Source: Clostridia bacterium (GTDB lineage Bacteria > Bacillota > Clostridia > Christensenellales > CAG-917). Taken from it: a DNA stretch of 64,000 nucleotides. The DNA lies in contig CAAFLX010000037.1 in assembly GCA_900763875.1 (NCBI GenBank), positions 20,607-84,606 of the forward strand, read 5' to 3'. The position numbers and the translations under genes are program-made. Every line of letters starts with the position of its first letter. Within the stretch, counting starts at the first letter, position 1. Positions 26,360-35,852 of the stretch are shown piece by piece. The notes under the pieces are model-generated. The model had not been told where the DNA came from. It worked only from the letters and a program-made list of their open reading frames with translations, and ran no database searches.

Positions 26360-27733
26360 ATGGATTTTTCGGCGGTAAAGTGCGGTTATTTTGTTGGGAT
26401 TGGCGGAGTCGGGGTGAATGCGCTTGCAAAATTCGTGCAGGCTTTCGGCATAAAAGTGTACGGCTCTGATGCAAAAGTCAACTCTCTTTGCGACGAACTG
26501 ACAAAAAACGGCGGAAAAATAAGCCGAAACCCAAACTTTTCAGCCCTTGAAAATGCGGATTTTTTGGTGTTTTCGTCGGCAATTCCAACGGATAACGCAG
26601 AGATATTGCGTGCAAAAGAACTGGGGATTCCAACCTTTGAACGGCACGAGTTTTTGGCGTTGGTTGCAAGTTTGTTCGGCAAAGTCGTTGCAATATCGGG
26701 TACGCACGGCAAAACGACGACAACGGCGATGCTCACTCATATTTTGCATGCGCAAAACGTGAAATTTGCCTCGATGATAGGCGGCGAGAGTGTAGATTTC
26801 TCAAATTTTGTCAATAATACAGGTGCAAGCACTTTTTTGGAACTTAAAGATTGCGTTTTCGTGTGCGAGGCGTGCGAGTATAAGCGCAACTTGCTCTCGC
26901 TCACGCCAAGCGTCGGCGTGGTGCTAAACGCGGAGTGCGACCATCCCGATTGCTATTGCGATTTGCAAAGCGTGGAGCAAACTTTTTCAAAGTTTCTTGA
27001 CAAGAGCGAAGTGGCAATAGTTGCGCAAAACAATTTGCCCCTTGCAAACGAGCCGTGCCAAAGCGCAAGCGACAATGGCTTTTGCGTATGCACAAAAAAG
27101 GGCAAACAAGGCAAGATAACTTGCTTTTTCAAGCACAAGGGCGCAATCGTGAGCGACGGCAAAAAGATGTTTCGATTATGCCTAAAAGACGGTGGCGAGT
27201 ACAACTATAAAAACGCAACTTTCGCACTTGCCGCCGCAACCGCTTTGGAGGTTGATTTTGCCGCTTGCGTTCAATCTCTCTCGACTTATAACGGAGTCAA
27301 ACGCCGCTTCGAGCGTGCAAAGAATATCGGCAAAACCAAAGTCTATTTTGACTTTGCCCATCATCCGAGCGAAATTGCGTCGGTGCTTGAGCGCGCCAAA
27401 ACTTTTGGCAAACTTATGGTGGTTTTTCAGCCGCACACATACTCTCGCACAAAGGCATATCTTGATGATTTTGCAAGCGTGCTTGGCGCAAAACACAGCG
27501 CAATAAAAACGCTTGCGATTATGCCGACTTACGCCGCGCGCGAAGTGCCGTCAGACGGCGTGACTAGCGACGTGTTGGCAGTGGCAATTTTCAACAAAAA
27601 TCGCAAACGAGGGGTTTATCTTGTCAAAGACAAGCAATCAACCCTTGATTTTGTCAAAACTCACGCAAAAGCGCATGATGTGGTATTGATGCTCGGTGCA
27701 GGCGATATATATGATTTGAAAGACTTGTTGTGA
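26360..27733 (+). CDS. murC: UDP-N-acetylmuramate--L-alanine ligase
   Basis: GIGGVGVNALA, ISGTHGKTTTT and Mur ligase middle/C-terminal motifs. Confidence 0.9.
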   Translation: MDFSAVKCGYFVGIGGVGVNALAKFVQAFGIKVYGSDAKVNSLCDELTKNGGKISRNPNFSALENADFLVFSSAIPTDNAEILRAKELGIPTFERHEFLALVASLFGKVVAISGTHGKTTTTAMLTHILHAQNVKFASMIGGESVDFSNFVNNTGASTFLELKDCVFVCEACEYKRNLLSLTPSVGVVLNAECDHPDCYCDLQSVEQTFSKFLDKSEVAIVAQNNLPLANEPCQSASDNGFCVCTKKGKQGKITCFFKHKGAIVSDGKKMFRLCLKDGGEYNYKNATFALAAATALEVDFAACVQSLSTYNGVKRRFERAKNIGKTKVYFDFAHHPSEIASVLERAKTFGKLMVVFQPHTYSRTKAYLDDFASVLGAKHSAIKTLAIMPTYAAREVPSDGVTSDVLAVAIFNKNRKRGVYLVKDKQSTLDFVKTHAKAHDVVLMLGAGDIYDLKDLL

Positions 27734-27851
27734 TATGATTTCAAGCACATATGCACATATGCGCATATCAAAATATAGGGTATCCCAAAATGCAAAACCC
27801 TGCATTTTAGAGGCAAAACAAATGCCCTGTCGTGCAGTTTTTTTGTGATTT

Positions 27852-28229
27852 TTAGATTATATCTTCCACGTTGAAGTCGAGCAGGCGTTTTATGTTGTCC
27901 GCCATTACTATGAGAGAGTGGCACTTTGACAGTGCGTTTTGATAGTCGCCGCACTCAATCGAGCCTTGCGTTTCGGCAAGCGCGACGGAGAATGCTCTCA
28001 CGTCCGGCGAAAAGGCAAACAATTCCATATACGTGCGTTTTTTCTCCCACCACTCGAATATTTCGCAGGATATGGCGAGGCAGTCCTCGCTCTCGTCTTT
28101 GATTGCGTTTTCAAGCGCGCCGAGTTTTTCGTTGAGAGCGGAAAACGTTTTGTGAATATACACGTCTTCCAGTATGCCTCCCGTGACGATTATGACGAGA
28201 ATGACGATTGCAAGCACCACTTTTTTCAT
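27852..28229 (-). CDS. DUF4363-family protein
   Basis: N-terminal TM helix plus helical domain. Usual partner of DUF421; ATGA overlap with the upstream gene. Confidence 0.7.
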   Translation of the reverse strand: MKKVVLAIVILVIIVTGGILEDVYIHKTFSALNEKLGALENAIKDESEDCLAISCEIFEWWEKKRTYMELFAFSPDVRAFSVALAETQGSIECGDYQNALSKCHSLIVMADNIKRLLDFNVEDII

Positions 28230-29017
28230 TGTTTTTCACCTCTGTGAGATTGCAACACCGCGCTCTTATCGTCCGACGTTTTAACTTGCGCATTTGAGAA
28301 TGACTTGTCGTCGTTGTCGCTCGGTTGCAACGACGAGATGATAAAATCGCCTTCGTAGGGTTGAATAAATACGTCTTGCCCCGCAATGAGCAACACGAGC
28401 ACGTCTTTTTGTTCTAGCTTTATGAAATTCAAATATGCAAGCACGTCCTCTTTTATAGAGCCGTCGAGGGTTGCGAGGTTTTCGGCAACAAACTCGCCTT
28501 CCATAATCACGGTGACGGGAATCTCGGCTTTTTGCGGATTTATGCCCACGTCGGAGGGCGCAAGAGGTCGATTTTGCGACTTTTGCAACACGCTCATATT
28601 GCCGTTTGTTTCCAAAATGGCGTATTCGACTTCGGCGGGATTGAAACAACCTGCGCCTCGCAACGCCTCCATAACGTCGTCGATATTGAGGTTTAGCTCT
28701 TTCATGACGTCGGGCAAAATGTTGCCGTTTTGAATGATAATTATGGGTTTTCCGTTGAGAAATTTGCGGAATTTTATGCTTTTTGTGGCAAGTTTTGTGA
28801 TGATGATATGCACCAAAAACAGCGAAAATACGGGGATTATTCCGTACAAAATCGGGATTGACGAGTCCGCCATGGGTATGCACACGAGGTCGCTTGCAAC
28901 AAGGGTTATGGCAAGCTCGAAGGGCTGCAATTCGCCAAGCTGTCGTTTGCCCATAAGCCGCATTGCGATGAGCAAAATGAAATACAAAATCAAACATCTG
29001 ATAAACAAATTGAGCAT
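28226..29017 (-). CDS. DUF421 (YetF-like) membrane protein
   Basis: LIAMRLMGKRQLGELQPFELAITL is the family signature. Confidence 0.8.
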   Translation of the reverse strand: MLNLFIRCLILYFILLIAMRLMGKRQLGELQPFELAITLVASDLVCIPMADSSIPILYGIIPVFSLFLVHIIITKLATKSIKFRKFLNGKPIIIIQNGNILPDVMKELNLNIDDVMEALRGAGCFNPAEVEYAILETNGNMSVLQKSQNRPLAPSDVGINPQKAEIPVTVIMEGEFVAENLATLDGSIKEDVLAYLNFIKLEQKDVLVLLIAGQDVFIQPYEGDFIISSLQPSDNDDKSFSNAQVKTSDDKSAVLQSHRGEKQ

Positions 29018-29062
29018 ATGCCTAGTTTGTCTAACGCATATACTTTTATGCCGAGGTTGGAC

Positions 29063-29278
29063 TTTTTAGCGGTTTTCTTATTGATTTTTCAGTTGTTTTT
29101 CATTGGCTTTTTGAGCGTTTTTTTTAGCATTTTTTACATAGTTTTCCTTGTTTTTTTTGCGAGTTTCCCATTGTTTTTTTAGCGTTTTTTCAGCGTTTTT
29201 TTAGCATTTTTTGAGCGTTTTTTGAATGGTTTTTGAGCTGTTTTGATAGGTTTTTGCAATTTTGTTTTGCGCTGTTTT
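29063..29278. repeat. about 20 helically phased T-tracts (A-tracts on the minus strand)
   Basis: T4-T8 runs start at 29063, 29073, 29085, 29096, 29108, 29118, 29130, 29142, 29151, 29164, 29174, 29185, 29196, 29207, 29218, 29230, 29242, 29251, 29265 and 29275. Spacing is 9-14 nt, mean about 11. Confidence 0.9.
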
Positions 29279-30777
29279 GCGATATGCACGGGGAGTTTGT
29301 TTGGCAAAAACATCTTTATGCAGGCGGTGACGTCAATCACGTCAAAGGCGGATATGACAAGGAAGAAAAAGAAAAGGATATACACGCCCACCACCACGAT
29401 TGCGGTGATATAGTCGGCATAGGCGCACAGTAGTTTTGCGCCGAAAAAGCCCGTGAGGGCAATGGGGATTGTAAGCAAAATCAAGGGGATATTCTTTTTG
29501 TGATTTACAAATTCGCCCACTTCCTTTTTGAGGGCGATGAGGTTGAGAATGGCAACAAGCAAAAAGCAAGTGCCGCTTGACAGTGCCATTGCGTACACGC
29601 CGATATATTTTGGCAAAAACAGCACGCAAGGTATCATTGCGATTGCGCCGATTAGAGTGTGCAAAAGCGTTTTTTGCTCCTTGCCAAGCGAGTTGAGCAT
29701 GGGGGTTGTCGTTTGCGCGGTGGCAATCGGATAGAGCATAAGAGAGCAGTAGGACACAAATTTGCCTGCCTCTTTGTCGCCAAAAAGCAACAAGCCGAGG
29801 CTCTGTCCCAGCGGCAGGTATATTGCAAAAAATAGACAGGATACCACCACCGAAAACAGCATTGCGCTTCCCATTTTGGCGCGCACGGCTTGCATATCGC
29901 CCTTTGCGCGCAGTTGGGCAACGTCGGGCACAAGCACCACGCTCAGCGCGCTTATGAACGCCACGGGCGCAAGAATGAGGGGCAGAGCCATGCCTGCAAC
30001 TCTGCCGTACTGCGCCGTTGCCTCTTGCACGGACAGCCCTGCTCTCACAAGCATTTTGGGCAATATCAGCGCGGTGAGGGACGCGCCCAAAGACGTGATG
30101 ATTCTTGTTGCGGACAGAGGTATGGTTTTGAGCGTCAAGTCCTTGAATCCGCTTGGTTTTGCAAGCCTACCGCCCGATGCAAAAAACATCACGACAAGCA
30201 CCGCAACACACGCAACGTCGGATATGGTCATTGCAAGGGCGACGCTTTTTGCGCCACCTAGTTTTGAAGTGAGCGTGCCTGCAAAGACGATTGACAACAC
30301 GATTTTCACCACCTCGTCCAACAGCTCGGTTGAGGAAAACGCCAAAAACTTTTTCCGTCCCCAAAACCAACTGCGCAATGACGCGTACAGCGTGGACGTC
30401 AACAGAGTGGGGAGCATGATGAAGAATACGGGCAAGCAATCGGGGTTTGAAAACAGGGGCGAGATTTTTGAGCCGAGCGCAAAAAACAGCGTGCAAATCG
30501 CCGCCGACACCGAAACGCCGACGATAATCGACGCGGCAAGCAGAGAGTTTTGCTTTTTGACGTTTCCGTTTGCTTCTGCAATCTTGCGAGAAAGCACGGT
30601 GGGCGCGCCTGCCGTCACGGTGAAGAGCATAAGCAACACTGACAGCGCGATTTGATACTGTCCGACGATTTCCGCTCCGAGCGAGCGTGACATCCACATC
30701 TTGAATGCGAAAGAGGCAAGCCTTGTCACGATTGAAAAACTTGTCACGATTCCAAACGATTTTGCCGTGTTGTTCAT
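29179..30777 (-). CDS. MOP-superfamily flippase (SpoVB / polysaccharide biosynthesis protein type)
   Basis: About 14 hydrophobic helices; FKMWMSRSLGAEIVGQYQ resembles SpoVB/Wzx N-termini. Start ATG 30777 is chosen over TTG 30804; neither has a clear SD. The Lys-rich tail is encoded by the A-tract array. Confidence 0.7.
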   Translation of the reverse strand: MNNTAKSFGIVTSFSIVTRLASFAFKMWMSRSLGAEIVGQYQIALSVLLMLFTVTAGAPTVLSRKIAEANGNVKKQNSLLAASIIVGVSVSAAICTLFFALGSKISPLFSNPDCLPVFFIMLPTLLTSTLYASLRSWFWGRKKFLAFSSTELLDEVVKIVLSIVFAGTLTSKLGGAKSVALAMTISDVACVAVLVVMFFASGGRLAKPSGFKDLTLKTIPLSATRIITSLGASLTALILPKMLVRAGLSVQEATAQYGRVAGMALPLILAPVAFISALSVVLVPDVAQLRAKGDMQAVRAKMGSAMLFSVVVSCLFFAIYLPLGQSLGLLLFGDKEAGKFVSYCSLMLYPIATAQTTTPMLNSLGKEQKTLLHTLIGAIAMIPCVLFLPKYIGVYAMALSSGTCFLLVAILNLIALKKEVGEFVNHKKNIPLILLTIPIALTGFFGAKLLCAYADYITAIVVVGVYILFFFFLVISAFDVIDVTACIKMFLPNKLPVHIAKQRKTKLQKPIKTAQKPFKKRSKNAKKTLKKR

Positions 30778-30833
30778 ACCAAAGCATATGTTGCGCGCGG
30801 GCAATTAATAATGATTTGCCTATTTAGGGCATG

Positions 30834-30867
30834 AAAAAAGCACGCTCGTTTTGGGAGCGTGCTTTTT
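30834..30867. terminator. bidirectional terminator after the giant lipoprotein gene
   Basis: AAAAAGCACGCTC 30835-30847 / GAGCGTGCTTTTT 30855-30867. Confidence 0.85.
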
Positions 30868-30880
30868 GGGGTTTGGTTTA

Positions 30881-33800
30881 TTATTCCTTGTTCTCGTCGT
30901 ACTTGTTGTGTTTTGCGTCGAGGGAAGGAGTTTCGACAAGAGATGCAGCCTTCTTGTCTTTCTTCTTTGCAACGGGTTTTCTGACCTTGCGCACAACGTA
31001 GACAATCAACACGACGATGATGAGCACTGCAAGCACAATGGTCGGAATCATCCACCACAAAGCCTCGGTGTTGAAGGTCTTGTCGGGTTTCTTGTTTTCG
31101 CCGTTGTTGTCGTCGCCCTTGCCTTGCGTTTCGTCGGTGACTTGACGTTTGAGAACGGTGCTGCTTTCGGTGGCGTTGTCGTACTCGGTTTGCGTGACGG
31201 TCTTGACGGTTACGTCGTCGAACATAGCGTAGCCCGACGTGATGCCCGTGACCTTGGTTTCGCCGTTGACGGTTTCAGCCTCATACTTGCCGAGGGAGAG
31301 CTTGACGGTGACGTTGGTCACGTCGTTGTCCATAGTCTTGACGTAGAAGGTGTATTTTGTCCAGTCGTTGTTGCCCTTGATTGCGGTGAAAGTGAAGGGC
31401 TTGTCCGACTCGTTTGCAGAGCCGAGGAACAACTCGACGTTGACGCCGCTGATGTCGTCGTCGCCCTTTACGCCGTAGGTCTTTGCCCAGAGGCTGATTT
31501 CATAGTAGGACGCCTCTTTGAGGGTGATTGAGGAGCTTGTGTAGGTGTACGCACTCTTTTCGGTGTTGTTGATCACAAGCATTTGCTTTCCGCTGTGAGC
31601 TTGAAGCTGACTGACGGGAATCCAGTTGTTCTTTTTCAGCTCGACAACCTTTGCTTGTTTGAGGGCGGCGATGATTTCGTCGTCGGTTTTGCCCTCGTTC
31701 TTCTCGTCCTTTCTTGCGGCGGCAATTTCCTCATCGGTGGGTTTTGCAAGGTCGCTGTCAACGGTGTAGTCCGCGCCGAGAATGCGAGCGTAGTCTATTC
31801 CGTTCACGTTTTCGATTTCATAGAAGTTGCTGTCCGCATAGACGATGCCGCTCTTGGTTGATTTTGCGGAAGCTGTGCCACTCAAGCTGCCCGTCCAGCC
31901 GTTGGGAGTTGCCAAAGACTTTCTCGATTCCACGGTGGAGGAGAGGGAGTCAAAGCTGTCGGTGAGGAAGGAGAGGGTGCGATTGGTGTCGTTATCCTTT
32001 GCCTCGTTGTTGAATCTTTCCTCGTCAATCTTGGTGTAGTGTACGTTGTCGAAGAACACTGCGCCGCTTGATTTTGCCGCGTCTTCGGACAAATCTTGCG
32101 CACTGTACTTGGAGTCTTCACCCAGCCAGAGGTTGAGTTTGAGAGAAACGCTCGATTGACCGGTGCGGATATAGAAGGTGTACTTTGTCCAATCCGCGTC
32201 CTCCTTGGTGTCGGTGAAGTGACCGTTGCCAGAGTCAACCGATGACTCGCCCGTGAGGTAGATTGAGAACTTGGTGTTGCCAACCGTTCTTGCATACACG
32301 GAGAGTGCGTAGAAGCTGTTTGCAGAGAGCGTCACGCTGTTGGAGGAGAATCCTGCCGCGTGAGATTTGGTGTTGTCGTTTGAGCCGATTGCAAGGATTT
32401 GAGGTTTGTTGCCCGGACGGTTGTTGAGATCGGTGCCTTCTGCATAGAGATCCTTGTAGAAGTTGTCAAACTTGCTTGCGTCGATGTTGGGGAAGGTCTT
32501 GTTGGTTTGATGTGTGTGTTTGAACTTGTTGCCGTCCTTTTCCAAGGAGATGACGCCTGCAACGAGGCTGGACTCGTTTGTGTTGGGCTTCAAAGTCTTG
32601 TCGCTGAACGTCCAGTTGGAGGGAGTTGCGGCAATGTCTTGGTCTTTGAGAGAGGTGTTCTCTTTGAGGTTCTCGTCCTTGGCGTCGTAGTCGTCGAAAG
32701 CACCGTTGGTGAAGGGGTAGGAGATTGACGAAGAAGCGAGGTTGGCGGTCTTGACGTAGTTGCCCGTGCTTGCGCCGTCATAGATGGTTTGGTTGATAAG
32801 CGCACCGTTGACGTTGGCAACGTACATAGAACCGCTTGCAAGAGTGCTTGACGCCCAGCGGTCGCCGCTGCCCAGAGCAAACTTCAAGGTGACGTCGATA
32901 TCTTCTTTGTCACTGCCCTTGACGAACATCGTGAGTTCGCACCAATCGTTGAGATAGGGGTCGAAACCGTTTTCGTCGGAGTTGGTGTTGATTTGAGAGA
33001 ACGTGGTCAAAACGCTGTCCTTGTCTGCCGATTCGCCTTTCTTGACGAGGGAAACGTATGCGCCGCTCGTAGACTTGACGTCTTCGGTCTTAACCCACAC
33101 CGAGAAACGATAGTATTGATCTTTCTTTATGGTGATTTTTTGTGTTTCGATTTCGTAACGGCTGTCACCGCTTGCTTTGATTTGGTATGCGCGAGCGTCT
33201 TCCAAAGCGTAGGGCATAGCGGGAGTTCCTTCTTGTCCGAGAGTGATTACGCCGTGGGAGATAAGTCCCTTGACAATCGGGTTTTTGGAATCGGTGAGGT
33301 CATAGTTTGACACCCAGCCGTTCGGAATGCCTGCGCCGAGTTGTTCGATACCCTCGGGGTAGTTTGAAGACGCGCCGACGGAAAGAATGTCTTTGAGAGT
33401 GTTTTCGGTTGAGAGGTCAACCACAAAGCCCTTGCGGTTTGCCTTGCCTGCCGCCGTCAAGTCGAGAGTTTGATTGTCGTTTTTGCCCTCGATGACGTCG
33501 TCTGCGTTCGGGAGAGCGTCAATCTCTTTGAGATTGAGTTCGTCCATAAACAGCCAGCCGTTTGCAAAAGTGCCGTTTGCCTTGTAGGTGATTTGCTTTT
33601 TGTCGGAGCTCATATTGAGATATTCCACCGCAGTGTTGCTTGCAGTGCCTTCCGTGCCGAGCCAAACGGTCATATTGTAGTTGTAATCTTTGAATTGGTT
33701 GCCCTTGATATAGAAGGTGTAGGTTGTCCAGCCGCTCGTTGTTTGACCGTTAACCGTGCCGTTGTCATAGCTTTCGCTGTCAATCTTGGTGCTGCCGATG

Positions 33801-35176
33801 AGAATGTCGTCGGAGGGGGAGGAGGAGATACCCTTGATGGTAATATCCTTGCCGTCGCTGCCCGAAAGCACCAAAGACGCGCCCGCGCCGTGTACGCCGT
33901 AGGTGTAAACGTTGAGGGAGAGAGCATAGGTCTTGTTCTTCTCGATGGTGATTGCGCGCGAGGACTTGATGCCTTGTGCGGTCATCATTTGTTGAGAGAG
34001 CATAAAGACGTTGCTGCCCACCGTTCCTTGTGGCAAAGCCATGATTTCGTCGGAGATGTCAACGAGTTTGTCTGCCGGGACGTAGGAGTTTTTGGAGTCC
34101 GCCGAGCCTTTGCTCTTGACGTAGTACGTGCCGGAATAGTTTTTGAAGTTGTCCTTGAAATTCTTCACGTCGATGACGGCGTTGTAGCCCAAGGAAGAAG
34201 GAGCGGAGTCGTTCTTGCCGCTGTTGCCCGTCACGATAGACCAGCTGTTGGGAGTGCCCGAAGACGAGAGAGTTGTCGTGCCGAAATCAAAACGTCCGTT
34301 GGGAGTTTTGAGGGTTGCCGTTCTCGTTGTGAGGGCGGAGAGGTCGGAAGAAGTCTTCTCTTGCTCGACTGCGGCAACGTATTCGGAGTCGCCTTCGAGT
34401 TTGGTGAGGGAGAGGTTGTCAAACACGGCATAGCCCGTGGTGAGCCCCGTCGTATAAGAGGTGGAGTACTTGCCGAGCGCGAGCAATACGTTGAGCGTGG
34501 ACGCAGACGAGGGTGAGCCTTCGATGTAGAAAGTGTAGGTTTTCCACTCGCCCTTTGTGTCGATTGCGTCAACTTCAGCGTAGGTGTTGGAGCTGAGGTA
34601 GATGCGCGCACCGGGGGTATCGTTTTTGTTTTTGCCCTTGATGTTGTGGGTCAAAACGTCAACGGTGAGCTTGTAGTAGCCGCCCTTTGCAATGGTGAAA
34701 GAGGAGGACGTATAACCGTAAGCCGTCGGGCCGTTGATTTTTTTGCCGTCCTTTTCGGATTCCTCGGGCATATAGACCATAAGAGCGTTTTTGATCTTGT
34801 CGTCGTCGCCGTATCTGCCGCCTGCAATGAGCTTGTTGTAAAGGACGTCGTCCTTGTCGTTCCAAGTGCTCTTGTTGGCGTCGTAATCGTCCTTTTTGAG
34901 GCTGATTGCGCCCGAGATGACGTCATCTCTGTAGTCGCCCGACGAAAAACTCTTGCTGCCCGTCCAGGAAGTGATGGAGCGAGGGTAGGTCTTTGAGGCG
35001 GTGTCGATAACCTTGAAGTCGCCGTTGGAAATGAGAAGACCTTTGGTGGCTTCGATGGTTTGAGTCTTGTCCGATGTCTTGTCGTCGTCCTTGTTGCAAG
35101 CAACGAGCATTGCCGAAGAGAGCACGACGAGCGCGATCATCAATAGTGCTAATACTGCAAATTTCTTTTTGTTCAT
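30881..35176 (-). CDS. giant lipoprotein (1431 aa): five CBM-like beta-sandwich modules, C-terminal TM anchor with basic tail
   Basis: Lipobox LVAC. Five modules each end in a W..YTFY(I/V)....(L/V).(L/W)..G motif (list in findings). C-terminal WWMIPTIVLAVLIIVVLIVYVV then RKVRKPVAKKKDKK. Confidence 0.8.
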   Translation of the reverse strand: MNKKKFAVLALLMIALVVLSSAMLVACNKDDDKTSDKTQTIEATKGLLISNGDFKVIDTASKTYPRSITSWTGSKSFSSGDYRDDVISGAISLKKDDYDANKSTWNDKDDVLYNKLIAGGRYGDDDKIKNALMVYMPEESEKDGKKINGPTAYGYTSSSFTIAKGGYYKLTVDVLTHNIKGKNKNDTPGARIYLSSNTYAEVDAIDTKGEWKTYTFYIEGSPSSASTLNVLLALGKYSTSYTTGLTTGYAVFDNLSLTKLEGDSEYVAAVEQEKTSSDLSALTTRTATLKTPNGRFDFGTTTLSSSGTPNSWSIVTGNSGKNDSAPSSLGYNAVIDVKNFKDNFKNYSGTYYVKSKGSADSKNSYVPADKLVDISDEIMALPQGTVGSNVFMLSQQMMTAQGIKSSRAITIEKNKTYALSLNVYTYGVHGAGASLVLSGSDGKDITIKGISSSPSDDILIGSTKIDSESYDNGTVNGQTTSGWTTYTFYIKGNQFKDYNYNMTVWLGTEGTASNTAVEYLNMSSDKKQITYKANGTFANGWLFMDELNLKEIDALPNADDVIEGKNDNQTLDLTAAGKANRKGFVVDLSTENTLKDILSVGASSNYPEGIEQLGAGIPNGWVSNYDLTDSKNPIVKGLISHGVITLGQEGTPAMPYALEDARAYQIKASGDSRYEIETQKITIKKDQYYRFSVWVKTEDVKSTSGAYVSLVKKGESADKDSVLTTFSQINTNSDENGFDPYLNDWCELTMFVKGSDKEDIDVTLKFALGSGDRWASSTLASGSMYVANVNGALINQTIYDGASTGNYVKTANLASSSISYPFTNGAFDDYDAKDENLKENTSLKDQDIAATPSNWTFSDKTLKPNTNESSLVAGVISLEKDGNKFKHTHQTNKTFPNIDASKFDNFYKDLYAEGTDLNNRPGNKPQILAIGSNDNTKSHAAGFSSNSVTLSANSFYALSVYARTVGNTKFSIYLTGESSVDSGNGHFTDTKEDADWTKYTFYIRTGQSSVSLKLNLWLGEDSKYSAQDLSEDAAKSSGAVFFDNVHYTKIDEERFNNEAKDNDTNRTLSFLTDSFDSLSSTVESRKSLATPNGWTGSLSGTASAKSTKSGIVYADSNFYEIENVNGIDYARILGADYTVDSDLAKPTDEEIAAARKDEKNEGKTDDEIIAALKQAKVVELKKNNWIPVSQLQAHSGKQMLVINNTEKSAYTYTSSSITLKEASYYEISLWAKTYGVKGDDDISGVNVELFLGSANESDKPFTFTAIKGNNDWTKYTFYVKTMDNDVTNVTVKLSLGKYEAETVNGETKVTGITSGYAMFDDVTVKTVTQTEYDNATESSTVLKRQVTDETQGKGDDNNGENKKPDKTFNTEALWWMIPTIVLAVLIIVVLIVYVVRKVRKPVAKKKDKKAASLVETPSLDAKHNKYDENKE

Positions 35177-35354
35177 ACCAAACCTATAAGAGATTTATTT
35201 TTGCTGGGACTTGCGTCCTTTTGTTGTTTGAAATACACATCGCACGCATATATACACGCGAAATATAAGTCAATATGCTTTATTATCCTAATACAAAAAC
35301 AATAATTTGGCAATCGAAATTCATATTTTCGCGCAAATTAATTAAACTAAATCT

Positions 35355-35789
35355 ATGCAAAATTCGACCTACCAAAGCGCGCCCGCGGCGCAAAACTTTT
35401 TTAAGTATGACCTAAAAAGCAAAAACGTATCCGCAAAGCGCAAACTTCTTGCTTGCGTGTTTTCGATATTCATAGGCGTTGCCAACGGACTTTTCGGAGC
35501 GGGTGGCGGTATGCTCGCCGTGCCCTGCCTCACCTATGTTTTAGGGCTTGAAGAAAAGAGGGCGCACGCAACCGCAATCGCCGTAATTTTGCCTCTTTGC
35601 CTTGTGGGAACGATTGTGTATGCGTTGAGCGGCACTTCTCAACAAGAGGTGATTTTGCCCGTTGCAATAGGGGTTACGCTTGGCGGAATTTTGGGAGCGA
35701 CGCTGTTGAAAAAGATGTCGAACGACGCATTGTCTTTTCTCTTTTACGCGCTTATGACGTTTGCAGGCTTCAAAATGATTTTTGACTAA
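35355..35789 (+). CDS. TauE/SafE (DUF81) family half-size membrane protein
   Basis: GLFGAGGGMLAVP motif, about 4 TM helices. Start uncertain. Confidence 0.6.
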   Translation: MQNSTYQSAPAAQNFFKYDLKSKNVSAKRKLLACVFSIFIGVANGLFGAGGGMLAVPCLTYVLGLEEKRAHATAIAVILPLCLVGTIVYALSGTSQQEVILPVAIGVTLGGILGATLLKKMSNDALSFLFYALMTFAGFKMIFD

Positions 35790-35852
35790 AACGGCAGTTT
35801 ATATGTGCGTTTCAAGCGATAAAGCGTCGTTTTTGTAAAATATGAGGTGAAT

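Noticed and set aside
30851-34996. Plus-strand ORFs inside the giant lipoprotein gene (30851..31531, 33470..34516, 34646..34996 and others).
   Set aside because: They are antisense to a continuous 1431-aa ORF with signal peptide, repeat architecture and terminator. Their products are Val/Gly/Asp/Arg-rich without starts or SDs.
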